Positions 50,041 to 61,000 of a stretch of DNA of 63,768 nucleotides are shown piece after piece. Position numbers and translations under genes: made by a program. The stretch's first letter is position 1; every line of letters starts with the position of its first letter. The notes below the pieces were generated by a model. It made no database searches. It was not told the DNA's origin and saw only the letters and a list, made by a program, of their open reading frames with translations. Source of the stretch: Gracilinanus agilis (Eukaryota); contig NC_058133.1 in NCBI RefSeq assembly GCF_016433145.1, forward strand, positions 366,186,738 to 366,250,505. The letters are read 5' to 3'.

Positions 50041-50217
50041 GGGCAGCTGGGTAACTCAGTGGAGTGAGAGTCAGGCCTAGAGACAGGAGGTCCTAGGTTC
50101 AAACCCGGCCTCAGCCACTTCCCAGCTATGTGACCCTGGGCAAGTCACTTGACCCCCATTGCCCACCCTTACCAATCTTCCACCTATGAGACAATACACC
50201 GAAGTACAAGGGTTAAA
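50041..50217 (+). mobile_element. Young SINE1_Mdo-type SINE with 16-17-bp TSD
   Basis: CpGs retained; TSD aaaaaatcaatactgt(g) at 50024-50040 and 50218-50234. Confidence 0.95.
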
Positions 50218-50221
50218 AAAA

Positions 50222-50392
50222 AATCAATACTGTGTATTGGTTCCAAGGAAGAAGAGCAGTAAGGGCTAGGCAATGGGGTTAAGTGATTTGCCCAGGGTTA
50301 TACAGCAAGGAAGTGTCTGAGGACAAATTTGAATCTAGAACCTCCCATTTCTAGGGCTTGGATCTTGGTCCACTGAGCTATCTAGATGCCCC
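50222..50392 (-). mobile_element. Older SINE1_Mdo-type SINE (target of the young SINE)
   Basis: 'aatcaatactgtgtattggttccaagg...gcaatggggttaagtgatttgcccaggg...ccactgagctatctagatgcccc'. Confidence 0.9.
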
Positions 50393-51074
50393 CAATTTGT
50401 AATTTTCTAGGTCACCATATGACTCACAGGGATCCATTTCTAATTGAACTTGATATCACTGCTCTAAGCTCTAAGCAGATCTCAGTCTACAAATTGCAGA
50501 GAAGTAACTGAACTGCGGAATCTATCAGTAAAAAAAACCCAGCTTTGGTACCTATTTCTATCTCTCTTTCAGAGATACCATATTGCAGTTATGAAGGTTC
50601 ATGAATCCATTTCCACTAATGAGTAGAAAATCACCCTTTTCCTACTACATTGATCTAATGACTCAGAGGGGTGGTGTATGGAAGAAGAGGAATAGTCAGT
50701 TAAGGGTTACAGACAAGTAAAAGACAAGAACTAAAGACCATATCTGAGATTCAAAATTTAATCAATTGCTACTGTGTTAATGTAAGCACTATTCTGTCAC
50801 CCATTCTATCATCAACATGTTTGTGTGATTAATAATGATGATAGACTACAATTAAGAAGAGCTAAAAGTATTACTTTCACAGATCTACTTGCTTAGAAAT
50901 ATGTTCCTTAGGCCAGATGAAATTAAGCAAGGAACAATCAGTTCTTGAATGTAGAAGTGTATCTTGAGAATGGAATATTCTTTTAAACTTTGTTTTAAAG
51001 GCTTAGCTAATGCTGTTTCTTGTATCTTCCTTCACTGGGTCCCGGGGTACCAGTTAAAATTATTATTAATATGA

Positions 51075-51260
51075 GATTCTTCTAAAAAATTCCATGAGAG
51101 TACCCAAAAGAAGTAGATGATTAACAATGTCAAATGTCACAGAAGATCTAGAACGATAAGGATAGAGAAAAAGGTCATTTTATTTGGTAATTAAGAGAGA
51201 TCATGGCTAACTTTGGAGAGTGCAGGTTCAATTGAATGAAGAAGATGGAAGTCTTATTGC
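51075..51260 (-). mobile_element. L2 RT-region fragment
   Basis: 'aacaatgtcaaatgtcacagaagatctagaacgataagg...tttggtaattaagagagatcatgg' antisense of the LDLS.AFD.V region. Confidence 0.65.
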
Positions 51261-52329
51261 TCAGAAAGTTTATAAAAATTTATCCATGGTGACATAGCTA
51301 AACATGGGACAGGATTTGAGACCAAGTATCCTAAACTGAGGTCCATCATGGTTTCTACTATTCCATATTGTGTTGCTTTCTAAGCTGCCCATACTTTTCT
51401 GAGTTAACAGTCCTCTCTGAAATCTGAGTTATATTTGTTTCCATGATTTATCACAGGAGCAAAAAGCTAGAATGAAATGCTGTGCATTCACTTACTTCTA
51501 AATAAATCCATTATGCCCTTTGCTGTTCAGATTAATGACTTCTTTTCCACACCCAGAAGGAATGCAATTAAACTTTCTAAGAAACTGGAGCCACCTCAGT
51601 TCTATATGACAGGGCTGTTTCCATTTCCATAATAAGTAAAACACGCAATCAATAACTAATCAAATGCATTTTTTCCTTAAAATCTATAAGATCAGAATTT
51701 GATGTCATCCATGACAGTTGGGGAGCTTGCAATGCCGCTTGTTCCTTTAAAAACTCTCTCATAAATACCTTCACTCAGTAGACCTTAACTTTAACATTAA
51801 TTGCTATGAGGTACCTGGCACTGGGTTAGGTGTTGGAATGTTAAAGAAAATGTTTTTTTTTTTTTTAGATCTGTGTTTTTCTTTTTTAAAGCACACTAAA
51901 TCCCACTCAATTTTTTGCACTTTTAAGTGTACAAATTACTTTAAACTATAGGCTTTTATTAAAATACAGCCCTGTTTCAATGCACCAGAGAGCTAATTTG
52001 AAAACTAAATACTCCTTTCAGGGAAATATACCTTCTGGATACACATTTCAAAATGCTACAGGAAAGACTGACAACCTGGTAATATTACTTGGTAGAGTTA
52101 ACTTAAAAGGCTCTCTGGTTTGCATAGTGAACTGGGGTTTGGGTTGGAGTTTGAAAACATGGGCTTGGTTGAGAATTCCATAGTCAACACGGGGAGACAA
52201 TCTGTAGCCCTCTGATGATCTTGATCCCTGGGAAGAATATGCTTTTCCCCCCTCTTTTTCATTTTTTTTGAACTCCTACTTCTTATTTTCCCTCTGTTCT
52301 AATTTTTCTGCAATATAGCTTCTATCTTC

Positions 52330-53650
52330 ATCTTTCAATTGAGTCTGTGTTCTACAAAGTTAGCAATCATTTTTTTAATTATCAAGTAAAATGACCTTTT
52401 CCTTCAATGCTTATCTTCCTGGTCCTTTTTGTCACATGTGACATTGTCTATCACCCACTTCTGGGTATTCTCTCCTCTCTGTGTTTCTATGACATTTCCT
52501 CTGCTAGTTCTTTATCTATGTCACATCCCATTAACTATATATATCCTTCAAGGTGCTAGGTATTCTTTTCCCCCACTATATTACAGATGATTTCATCAGC
52601 TCCTATGGATTCAATTATCATCTCTATGCAAATCATTCCCAGAGCTATATATTTAGCCCCAGTCTTTCTTTCTCTTGAGTTATAGTCATGCATCACCAAC
52701 TGCTTTTTAAATATCTTGATTTGTATGAATAGTTCAAGAATTGTATGAACCATGAACTCAACATGTTCAAAACAGAAGTTATTATTTCTCTCCCGAATCT
52801 TTCCCTATTCTTAACTTCCTTATTATTGTCAAGGGAATACCATTTTCACAGTCACCAAGGCTCACAATCTTGCTGTCAGTCTCAATTTTTGACTTTCATT
52901 CATGCTACATATCCAAATCCATTGTCAAATATTGTCATTTCTACAACCACAAAAACCTCTTGTGTGTTTCCTTCTCTCCAATCATATAACCACTAACCCT
53001 ATACAAGCCCTTGTCACCCCTTACATGGACTATTAACAACAGTTATTACATTAGTTTCCCTGCTTTATGTATTTTTCTCATTTGAATCAATTTTCCTCTC
53101 AGCTGACAAAGTGATATTTCTTAAGTGTAGGTATGACTACAAATTCTCCCCTTACTTCCTCTTCCTACCTCAAGCTCCTGTAGCTCCCTTTTATTTGAAG
53201 GCCAAAGGAAAAGCTTTCTGTTTGGCCTTTAAAACTCTTCACAAACTGGACCCTTCTTCTACTTTCCAGTTTTCTTATACTTTGCTCCCTTCTGTGTATT
53301 CTATGATAGTTATATTGACCAGTTTGCTTTTTCTTGGAGAGAACATTCCATTTTCATCTGTGCCTTTTAACTGGTTATCTCTCCTGCTTAAAATGCTCTT
53401 CCTTTTCATTTTTGCCTCTGTTTACCAATCTTCTCTCAACACATGACTCAGATCTCACTTGTATAGTCTTTCCTAGCCCAGCTCCCCAACTCCCAGATGC
53501 TAGTTCTTTCCCCTTGAGATTAAATTTTGTCTTCTTTTTCTTGAACTTTTATTTACTTGTTTATTTATATGTAATTCCTCCAAATAGAATAAAACTTCCT
53601 AGAAGACAGAGATGTTTCCCTTTTTATATCACTAGCAATTATTTCTTACT
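52330..53650 (+). mobile_element. L2 LINE, ~1.3 kb (RT region to 3' end)
   Basis: 'tgtgacattgtctatcacccacttct' (FD.V.H), 'ctatgcaaatcattcccagagctatat' (YADD..IY-like), 'catgttcaaaacagaagttattatt' (SKTE.II), 3' UTR features. Confidence 0.88.
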
Positions 53651-53689
53651 TCTTTCTTTCATGAATCCTAAGACCCATTTAAGTTAGAT

Positions 53690-54080
53690 AACTCAACACT
53701 GTTCCTTATCCTCTTTCTTTTGTCTCAGAGATTTGTTCGTACCTATTTCCTCTATTTAGAATACTATCTCCCTTTCCTCTCTCTCAGATCTATTTGTTAA
53801 ATTCTAATCTATCCTTCCAATTCCAGATCAAGTGGAATCTACACAATCAAACTTCTGGATATTCCTGAACAGAAGATAATTCTTTCTCCTTTGAATTTCC
53901 CTAGAATTCTGGTATTCTCTTACTAGGCTTTTATATTCCAACTCGCATTACGGTAATTTCCACACATGTCATCTCCCCAAAAAGTCTATCTAGTCACTGG
54001 AGGCAAAGACTAGAATTTTATTCATCCTTATAGAACTCAATAGTTGCTTGCGAATAGATGCTTTAAAAAAGTTGTTGAAT
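53690..54080 (+). mobile_element. Second L2 3' end
   Basis: 'ctggaggcaaagactagaattttattcatc...aatagatgctttaaaaaagttgttgaat'. Confidence 0.55.
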
Positions 54081-55239
54081 TGGTGACTCCCCACAAAAAC
54101 TATTTGAATGTTTCTTAAGTAAGCTGCTCTTTTTTAGGGGATAAAAATAACTATCTTTGCCTTTTTTACTTGAATTCCATCTCTCAGGTCTAATTTGTTT
54201 AGCTACATACTTCTGTGGGTAGATATTTCACATTGCAATTGGATAAACTAAGGCATAGAGAAAGAGAATATTTTGCTTATTTGGAACTGAAGAATCCATC
54301 TCTTTGGTCTCTGAGATCTCAAGATTATATAGACTACTATTGGATAAGCAAGATAGTATAATTCTACTTAAATTTTAGCTGATATTACAAAAAAAACCCC
54401 AACCTAAACCAAATGGATACTCAAATAGAACCCTACACAAAGGACTCCACTGCATTATTATGATATATTTAATTTTCCTTCCAATTCTAAATTCTATGCT
54501 AGAACTGTTATCAGTGATATATGAACATTGAAGCTGAACGAGCTAGAATAATTTGAGAGGAAATAGCAGATTAAATTTAAATTCAGATGAACTTTCCCTT
54601 CAGTAGAAATGATTGGTAACTTTCAAAGGCAAGTAAAAAATAGCAAACATTTTAGACTTTAAAAAACTCATAATATTGTTATTAAAATATTTTCCCTTGT
54701 CTTGATATTTTGTCAAATCCCAAGACGTGAAGAATTTCATTGAACTGGAAGAATTAGGTCCAAGTATCATTTTTCAGAAAGTCTAGTGATCCTTATAATT
54801 ACAGAGTTTGCATTACGCATCTGCACAGCCTATAGAGTATAGATAACTCAAGTCCTATTTCTTACAGTTAATTGAAAAAAATGAGTTTCCTTATTTTCAT
54901 TTTTTGGGTTCATTTTAAAAAGTTGGAATAAAAAAAAGAGATACACTGAAGGACACAACTTGAATCTGCAATACTTCTGGGTAGATAATTTAAAAATAAA
55001 TGTCAGCATTGAGAAATTCATGTCACCAGGGACACCAGCTGGAAGATAAGAAACATGCAATGTTGTATAAAATCATGACAACTTTCAAAAACTCTGTCCT
55101 GGTTGGGGCAGCAAATAATCCCACAGTCAATGAGATTTCTTTTTAGTGCTCCCAGATCTAAAGCATAAGTTTGAAACAGATTAGCAATAAGAAAATCTAC
55201 AGAGCCAAAGACAGGCAAGAACAGCTTTTCTGCTCTGCC

Positions 55240-55560
55240 TCCATAACAAATTGGCAATCATGACCCGAGAAAGGGTTATCTTTTACTAGCTGCCACAGTG
55301 GCGAGCTACTTTTAACCTTTCATTTTAGAGAAGGAAAGGGCTCATTACAAATGGGGTGCCAGTGGGCTCAGCATGATAAATCTCATTCGAGCTAATTCAC
55401 TTTTACTGATTAGCTGCCTGAGCTTGGTATTTAATTAAAATGGTTATGTTGACTGTTTGTTTAGGTTTAACTGCAAGACAATAATTAGCTTTTGCTCAAC
55501 CTTACTGCAACAAACATTTTCGACTCGACTAATTTATAAAAACAACACACAAATATGGTA
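55240..55560. promoter_or_regulatory. Candidate developmental enhancer-like element
   Basis: No repeat recognised; five CpGs, six TAAT/ATTA cores and forkhead-like TGTTTGTTTA within ~300 bp. Inference only. Confidence 0.3.
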
Positions 55561-56154
55561 TAAAGTTAGTAATTTTAAAAAATGGATATGTTTCTTTTGT
55601 TGTTAACTGGAGACTTTATATGGATGAGCTATGTCTGCTGGCAACTGCATGTTTTGGATACAGCAGATTATACAGATGACACATAACACTCCATTTCTGT
55701 GATACTCTTTCACTTCTTGGTCAATAAAGGACATACGTTCTTAAAGCTGGCTTCTAAGTTTTGCAAATGGAATTGGACATCAATATACTTCATAAGAGCT
55801 TCCGTTGTTCTCGAGAGCTAAACCACAAGCATTTATCAGTTGGTATTATAAACCTTTCCCTATAGGTCAGTTTAGCAGATTACAGAATTTGGGTTTCTTT
55901 GACTATACCAATAGACCCAAGGCACAATGATACTCCAAAATGTTCTGATTGTAACTTTTGCTCCAACCAATCAGTATGGTCAGTAATCATGACAAAGAGA
56001 CACATTGGAGACTCGGAAATATCTCAGAACTGTTTTATCTCTGCATGTGGCTTGTGAAGTACTGAGAAGACTTTAAAAGGCTGTAAGAAATATGATGGCT
56101 TCTGCACTGTATCTGGGAGTTAATTTATCAGGGACAGGTTATATCAATGAATGG

Positions 56155-56370
56155 TCTCCATGAGGACAGTAGAGTCTGGAACCAGAACCCTTGGGCTAGG
56201 ATCCTGGCTCTGGCTTTTAATAGCTCTCTGACACTTTGGGCAAATAATTAAATCTTTCTTAACTTTAGTTTCCTCATATATAAAAAGGGAATACTAGTAT
56301 CTACACAAGGGTTGTTGTGAGGAAATCATTTTATATTATAAAGTGCTATATGACTGCAAGCAATTATTCT
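56155..56370 (+). mobile_element. MIR SINE
   Basis: 'gacactttgggcaaataatt...ttagtttcctcatatataaaaaggg...agggttgttgtgagga'. Confidence 0.85.
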
Positions 56371-56569
56371 TACAATCAGAAACATGTATGGAACTGTATT
56401 TTTTTCTAGTTGCTATCCTATTTATTCCCAAAATATGAAAAGCTGATAAACTCTACACTTTTTTTTCCTATATCACCATAATGATTGAGGATGTGGTAGC
56501 TCTAACAAGCAATAATAATAAAGATAATTTTAAAAATTCTTTCCTTCACAATACTGGTCCATATTCCTA

Positions 56570-56760
56570 TAGCATTGTGATATTATAGAGAGGGCATTGA
56601 GCTTGGAAATCAACCAAATCACATCTCAGATAGTTACTTGTAATGTGATGAATTGCAAGCCAGTTAATTCGGTTCCTCAGTTTCTTCATATGAAAAACAA
56701 AGGTTTTGGACTCAGTAGATTCCATGGTTCATTCCAGCTCTAAATCTATGATCCTATTGT
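56570..56760 (+). mobile_element. MIR3 SINE
   Basis: 'cctcagtttcttcatatgaaaaca...ttggactcagtagattccatggttcattccagctctaaatctatgatcctat'. Confidence 0.8.
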
Positions 56761-57560
56761 GAGGAAGTAACCCTTTACAATTCATTTTCTGTAGTCTGTT
56801 TCTGAAAAAAGCAGTTTCTCAGTTATGTCTGCCCTGACAGTTTAATTATCTGGGTCTTAGAGTTCTAGGAGAAGTAATAACAAAAGTTAGCTGACTTAAG
56901 AGTTCTGAGATAGCAACTGATTATTTGAATCCAATAATCTGTTAAATATTGAAGCAAATGGAAAACACTATATACTTCAGTGATTTGCATGTGGAAAAGT
57001 TGGATAACTTTTAGGTTGATAAATGGGGAAATATGTACATCAGAAGTGTTCTTTGATTATGTTATGGGACAAATGTAATTTACTTGATCTTAGAGGATGA
57101 GAATTTGGCTACTGATGATAAACTAAGGGAGGTGAGGCATTCACAGGGAAGGCCCAGAATCTGAACCAAGAAAGATGAGAGAGGTGAAACAACAAATTTC
57201 AGAATTACGTAAAATGAGACTCTAATTCCCTCTGTACACTGTCATTTGTTTCCAGGCAGACCAGTTAGTCAAATGAGAACCTGGAGTATTCTCTACTGCC
57301 ACCTATTGCTAAAACAGAGGAAGAAAGAAAATAAATTCTCTATTAAAGATGCTGTTGAGAGGAAAATGGAGCACAGAGAACATATTCTGTGACTTTTGGC
57401 CAAGAAAATATAGAAAATACTTCCTTGCATTGTCAACTGTTGTTCTTGAGAGGTAGAGAAAGAGAAGAAGAATCCTGCAAAGGAGTAAAATTAGAGACTC
57501 TTTTGCCAAATTTAGGATAAATTTCATTAATTTTTCCAAAAAGGGTAAAATACTGTGTCA

Positions 57561-57752
57561 GGAGGCAGCTACATGGCTCAGCTGATTGATTAACAGCCAG
57601 ACCTAGAGATGGGAGGTCTTGGGTTCAAATTTGACCTCAGATACTTCCTACTTGTGTCACTTAATCCCCATTGCTTTGCCCTTACTGTTTTTCTGCCTTG
57701 GAACCAATGTGCAGTATTGATTCTAAAATGGCAGATAAGGTTTTTTTTTTTT
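57561..57752 (+). mobile_element. SINE1_Mdo-type SINE (older copy)
   Basis: 'acctagagatgggaggtcttgggttcaaatttgacctcagatacttcc...ccttggaaccaatgtgcagtattgattctaa'. Confidence 0.88.
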
Positions 57753-58160
57753 TAATACTTCTACTTCAGCTAAAGGCAAATAAGTTGAAAGTGATGAATG
57801 TGGTAGCGAGTGTTGAGAAGTATGTCCATCTGAAAGGAAAAAAAAAAGTTCAAAAAGACACAACCAGAAAAGCCACTCAATAGTCTGGCTAATTGGAAAT
57901 GCTACATCTAATCAACTTTTAGTTAAACACATTGAAAGTATGTTTGAATGGTTTTCCTCTTAGAAGGTATTTCTTTTATAAATATAAAGATCATGTAAGC
58001 CTTCTTGATAGATGTAACAAAAGTTAGATATCTATGTTCAGTGACTCTAACTACCAAATGAGTCATAAAATGGAGAAATATTAATTCACCAAAGAAGTTT
58101 GCCATTATTGTGGCAGTTATCCAGTGTAGAATCCAAGTCAAAGATGGATTCCTTATTGAT

Positions 58161-58568
58161 CTGAGGTTCTTAACCTTTTTTATGTCATTGACTCCTTTGA
58201 TAACCTTGTTTTTTTTAAACCCTTAACTTCTGCATATTGGCTCCTAGGTGGAAGAGTGGTAAGGGTGGGCAATGGGGGTCAAGTGACTTGCCCAGGGTCA
58301 CACAGCTGGGAAGTGGCTGAGGCCAGATTTGAACCTAGGACCTCCCGTCTCTAGGCCTAACTCTCAATCCACTGAGCTACCCAGCTGCCACTCTTTGATA
58401 ACCTCGTTATCAAAGACTATAGGTCCTTTCTCAGAATTTTTTAAATGCACAAAATAAAATCAATAGGATTACTTAGGAAAATAATCATATTGAAATGTAG
58501 TTATCAATATATATATATATTTTAAAAAGGAAACTAGTTCTTGAACCATAGGTCTTTAAGAACTCTTG
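58161..58568. mobile_element. hAT-Charlie MITE split by a young SINE
   Basis: Termini ctgaggttcttaacc / taagaactcttg; degenerate 8-bp TSD ttattgat / ttatacat; body shared with 36552-36801. Confidence 0.85.
58208..58390 (-). mobile_element. Young SINE1_Mdo-type SINE with 16-bp TSD
   Basis: Antisense near-intact SINE; TSD ctttgataaccttgtt (58195-58210) / ctttgataacctcgtt (58393-58408). Confidence 0.93.
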
Positions 58569-59864
58569 TTATACATGGTAAGTTCCTCCAACTTCTTTTA
58601 TTTGCATATGTCATGGTACAATTGTTCATGTCCTATAATATTATAGGGTTTCCTCAGTGAGAGGACTAATAATTTGTTCAGGAGAAACCAAGTGGACAAG
58701 AAATGCTTATTGTCCATTTTGTGACATTTAGTTGGACAGGCAGTCCATTGAGTTACTTTCTTAGAACATATGTCTTGGGCAAGCATTGTAGACTGACAAT
58801 GAGTTAGGCATAAAATTGATATAAGGAAGAGATCAGACTAGATTGCATTTGGGGTATAAAATAACATTTTCAATGGTCCCAAGTGTCTCCTTATATGAAT
58901 ACCAATTATTTTTTACATCAATAACTACCCAGTATTGCTACATGGCCATTAATCTTGGGATAAGATAATCTTCAAATAATCAAAATTGTGGGTGACACAA
59001 ATGGCAACTGAGAAACACATAGTGGGCATTAAGTAGACATGAGTAGATTGCCACTGATAAGTTGAATGTAAAATGTATCGTGAAATAAGTCAATCATAAA
59101 ATGTCTGATTGGAAAAGAAGAAAAGGGCAATGTACTGAAGGGAAAAGATAGATAGCCTGAGCATTGCCTGCAATCCATAATATAATAAAAGACATAGAGG
59201 GAAGGCAATGGAGTGGCTAGGTTCTCTTTGTAGTATTTATTAGGAAGGCACAGATTAGAAAACACCAAGACATAGATGGGTTGTGACCTGTTATATTTAT
59301 GGTAGAATCATCTAAATGAGATCATGGAGCTATCAGAATATTAAAGCATACAGTTTCTTAAACATTAGAGAATCTGGGCTTTTAGAAACATGGAGCAATT
59401 CTCACATTCCTGTTGCTTTTTTGAGTGGGTTCCTATGGCTTCCTCATTCTACTTACAGGTGCCCTACATTTTGCTCATCCCCTCCTGCCCTCCAAATGAT
59501 TCCAAGAGATGAGAAAAATCAAAGTAATGCGATTTTCACTTTAGGCTCGGGAATTCATATTGAATCAAAATTTTCAGAACCTCTCTTTTTGTTACTGCTA
59601 AAGTCCGGTTTTGAACACTTCAAGTGTGTATACAGCAGACTCTGTCTCTCATTCAAGGACTCATCTAACTAAATTATAAGATCATCTACTTGATGATACC
59701 TTTTTTCCCCAGTCTTCACAGTTCATAAAGACCATAAACTAATAGAGAGGAGTTATTTAATCATGAAATTATGAGAGCAGGTGATCACACTGATGGAATC
59801 ACAGTTCTATGAAGTAATGCAGCAGCACTGCATACTATTATAGTATGTCATATTTATCAGATAG

Positions 59865-59960
59865 CTAATAAACATTTATTAAGCACCTATTGTGTATCAG
59901 CCACTATCAAAGGGCTGGGGATAAAAAGAAAAGCAAAAGATAATGCCTGTTCTCATCTTT
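59865..59960 (-). mobile_element. L2 3' end
   Basis: 'aaacatttattaagcacctattgtgtatcagccact...gggata'. Confidence 0.8.
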
Positions 59961-60473
59961 TTTTTCTACCTTTCCTAATTTTCTTAATTGATTTCTAAAA
60001 AAGCATTTATGATCATCTCACCTTCAAGGGTGACCCAGGCATATTCCCTTCAAAGGATATAGTTAACAAATAAAGGCACCCCTACTGCTTAGATAGATGT
60101 AAAAACTAAGGCGTATGGAAAAGGTGTCCCGTCCAACAGTTACCAGCTGACTTGCCATTCAGCATTTATGTGACACCTGATTTTATTACTTCCAATAACT
60201 AGAGAAGTTACAACAAATTGGATTTCAACCAAATAGTCAGCACTGAAAAGTACTATTCAGGCAACAAGACTACTTGATAAAATAGTCAATTTTACAAATT
60301 AATCTAAGGCCATTTAAATTATCATCTAATCCTGTTTCCTTCCCTTAAGCAAAATCATTTTTAAATGATTTAAAAAATAATAACAAAAAGAAGTATGGCA
60401 ACTCCTGGGGAAAGTTGTTTGCTCTCTTAATTCTGCATCAGGGCTCCACATTGAAATTCAGTTTATGGTAATA

Positions 60474-60603
60474 AGTGCTGTTATGTGGAGATGCAAAGCA
60501 TGGAATTCCTGCATACAGGGACTGCCCCCTCACCCAAAGTTCTCCAGGGGGTCCCTGTATCTTTGCAGGGATTCCATGCTTTGCATCTCCACATAACAGT
60601 GCT
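60474..60603. repeat. 130-nt near-perfect inverted repeat (hairpin), family unassigned
   Basis: 60478-60506 is the exact reverse complement of 60571-60599 (29 bp); pairing extends to 60474-60522 with 60551-60603. Confidence 0.97.
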
Positions 60604-60639
60604 CATAATAGATAAGGGGATTGTTATTTCACATGCTAA

Positions 60640-60905
60640 ACATTTTTTGCTTCTGAGCCTAATAATGAAGAAACTTTTGAGGTCATCTGGTCCAATTCAT
60701 CCCTCAAACATGTATCCCTGCTATAATAGCCTCCCAAAGTGGTCACCCAGGCTCAAAAATGAGAAATTCACTACTTCTCAAGTAACACTATACAGTTCTC
60801 TTAGTAAAATTTTTCCTCCATCTATAGAACCTAAGTTGTCCATTATTGCTTTAATCCATTCATTCCAGTTTTGTCTTATGGGGTCAAGCAAAAAAAGCTG
60901 AATCA
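60640..60905 (-). mobile_element. L3/CR1 3' end
   Basis: 'gaggtcatctggtccaa...ttcactacttctcaag...ggggtcaagcaaaaaaagctgaatc' antisense CR1 terminus. Confidence 0.7.
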
Positions 60906-60914
60906 TAATTCAAG

Positions 60915-61000
60915 TTAATTCAACAGATATTTCTTAAGGACCTACTGTGTGCAAGACACTGTGGGATCAAAAGTGAAAAGCAACATCTATCATGAGGGAC
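60915..61000 (-). mobile_element. L2 3' end
   Basis: 'aattcaacagatatttcttaaggacctactgtgtgcaagacactgtg'. Confidence 0.8.

Larger units (their letters stand above)
49894..50461. mobile_element. hAT-Charlie MITE split by two nested SINEs
   Basis: Left part 'cagggatgtacaaa...attaaaatgtaattgggaaatgtttaacaaaat'; right part 'cagggatccatttctaattgaacttgatatcactg'; degenerate CAG...CTG termini. Confidence 0.75.
49760..50520 (+). mobile_element. Marsupial MIR3-type SINE split by a MITE (halves ~49760-49893 and ~50462-50520)
   Basis: Head/CORE 'gttaaaatcccaactctgactattttgtgtgaccttgaac' before the MITE; tail 'ctacaaattgcagagaagtaactgaactgc' after it. Confidence 0.55.

Noticed and set aside
60485-60901. 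138-aa ORF, the longest gap-free one
   Set aside because: It runs through the palindrome and an antisense L3/CR1 end, with no recognisable domain.
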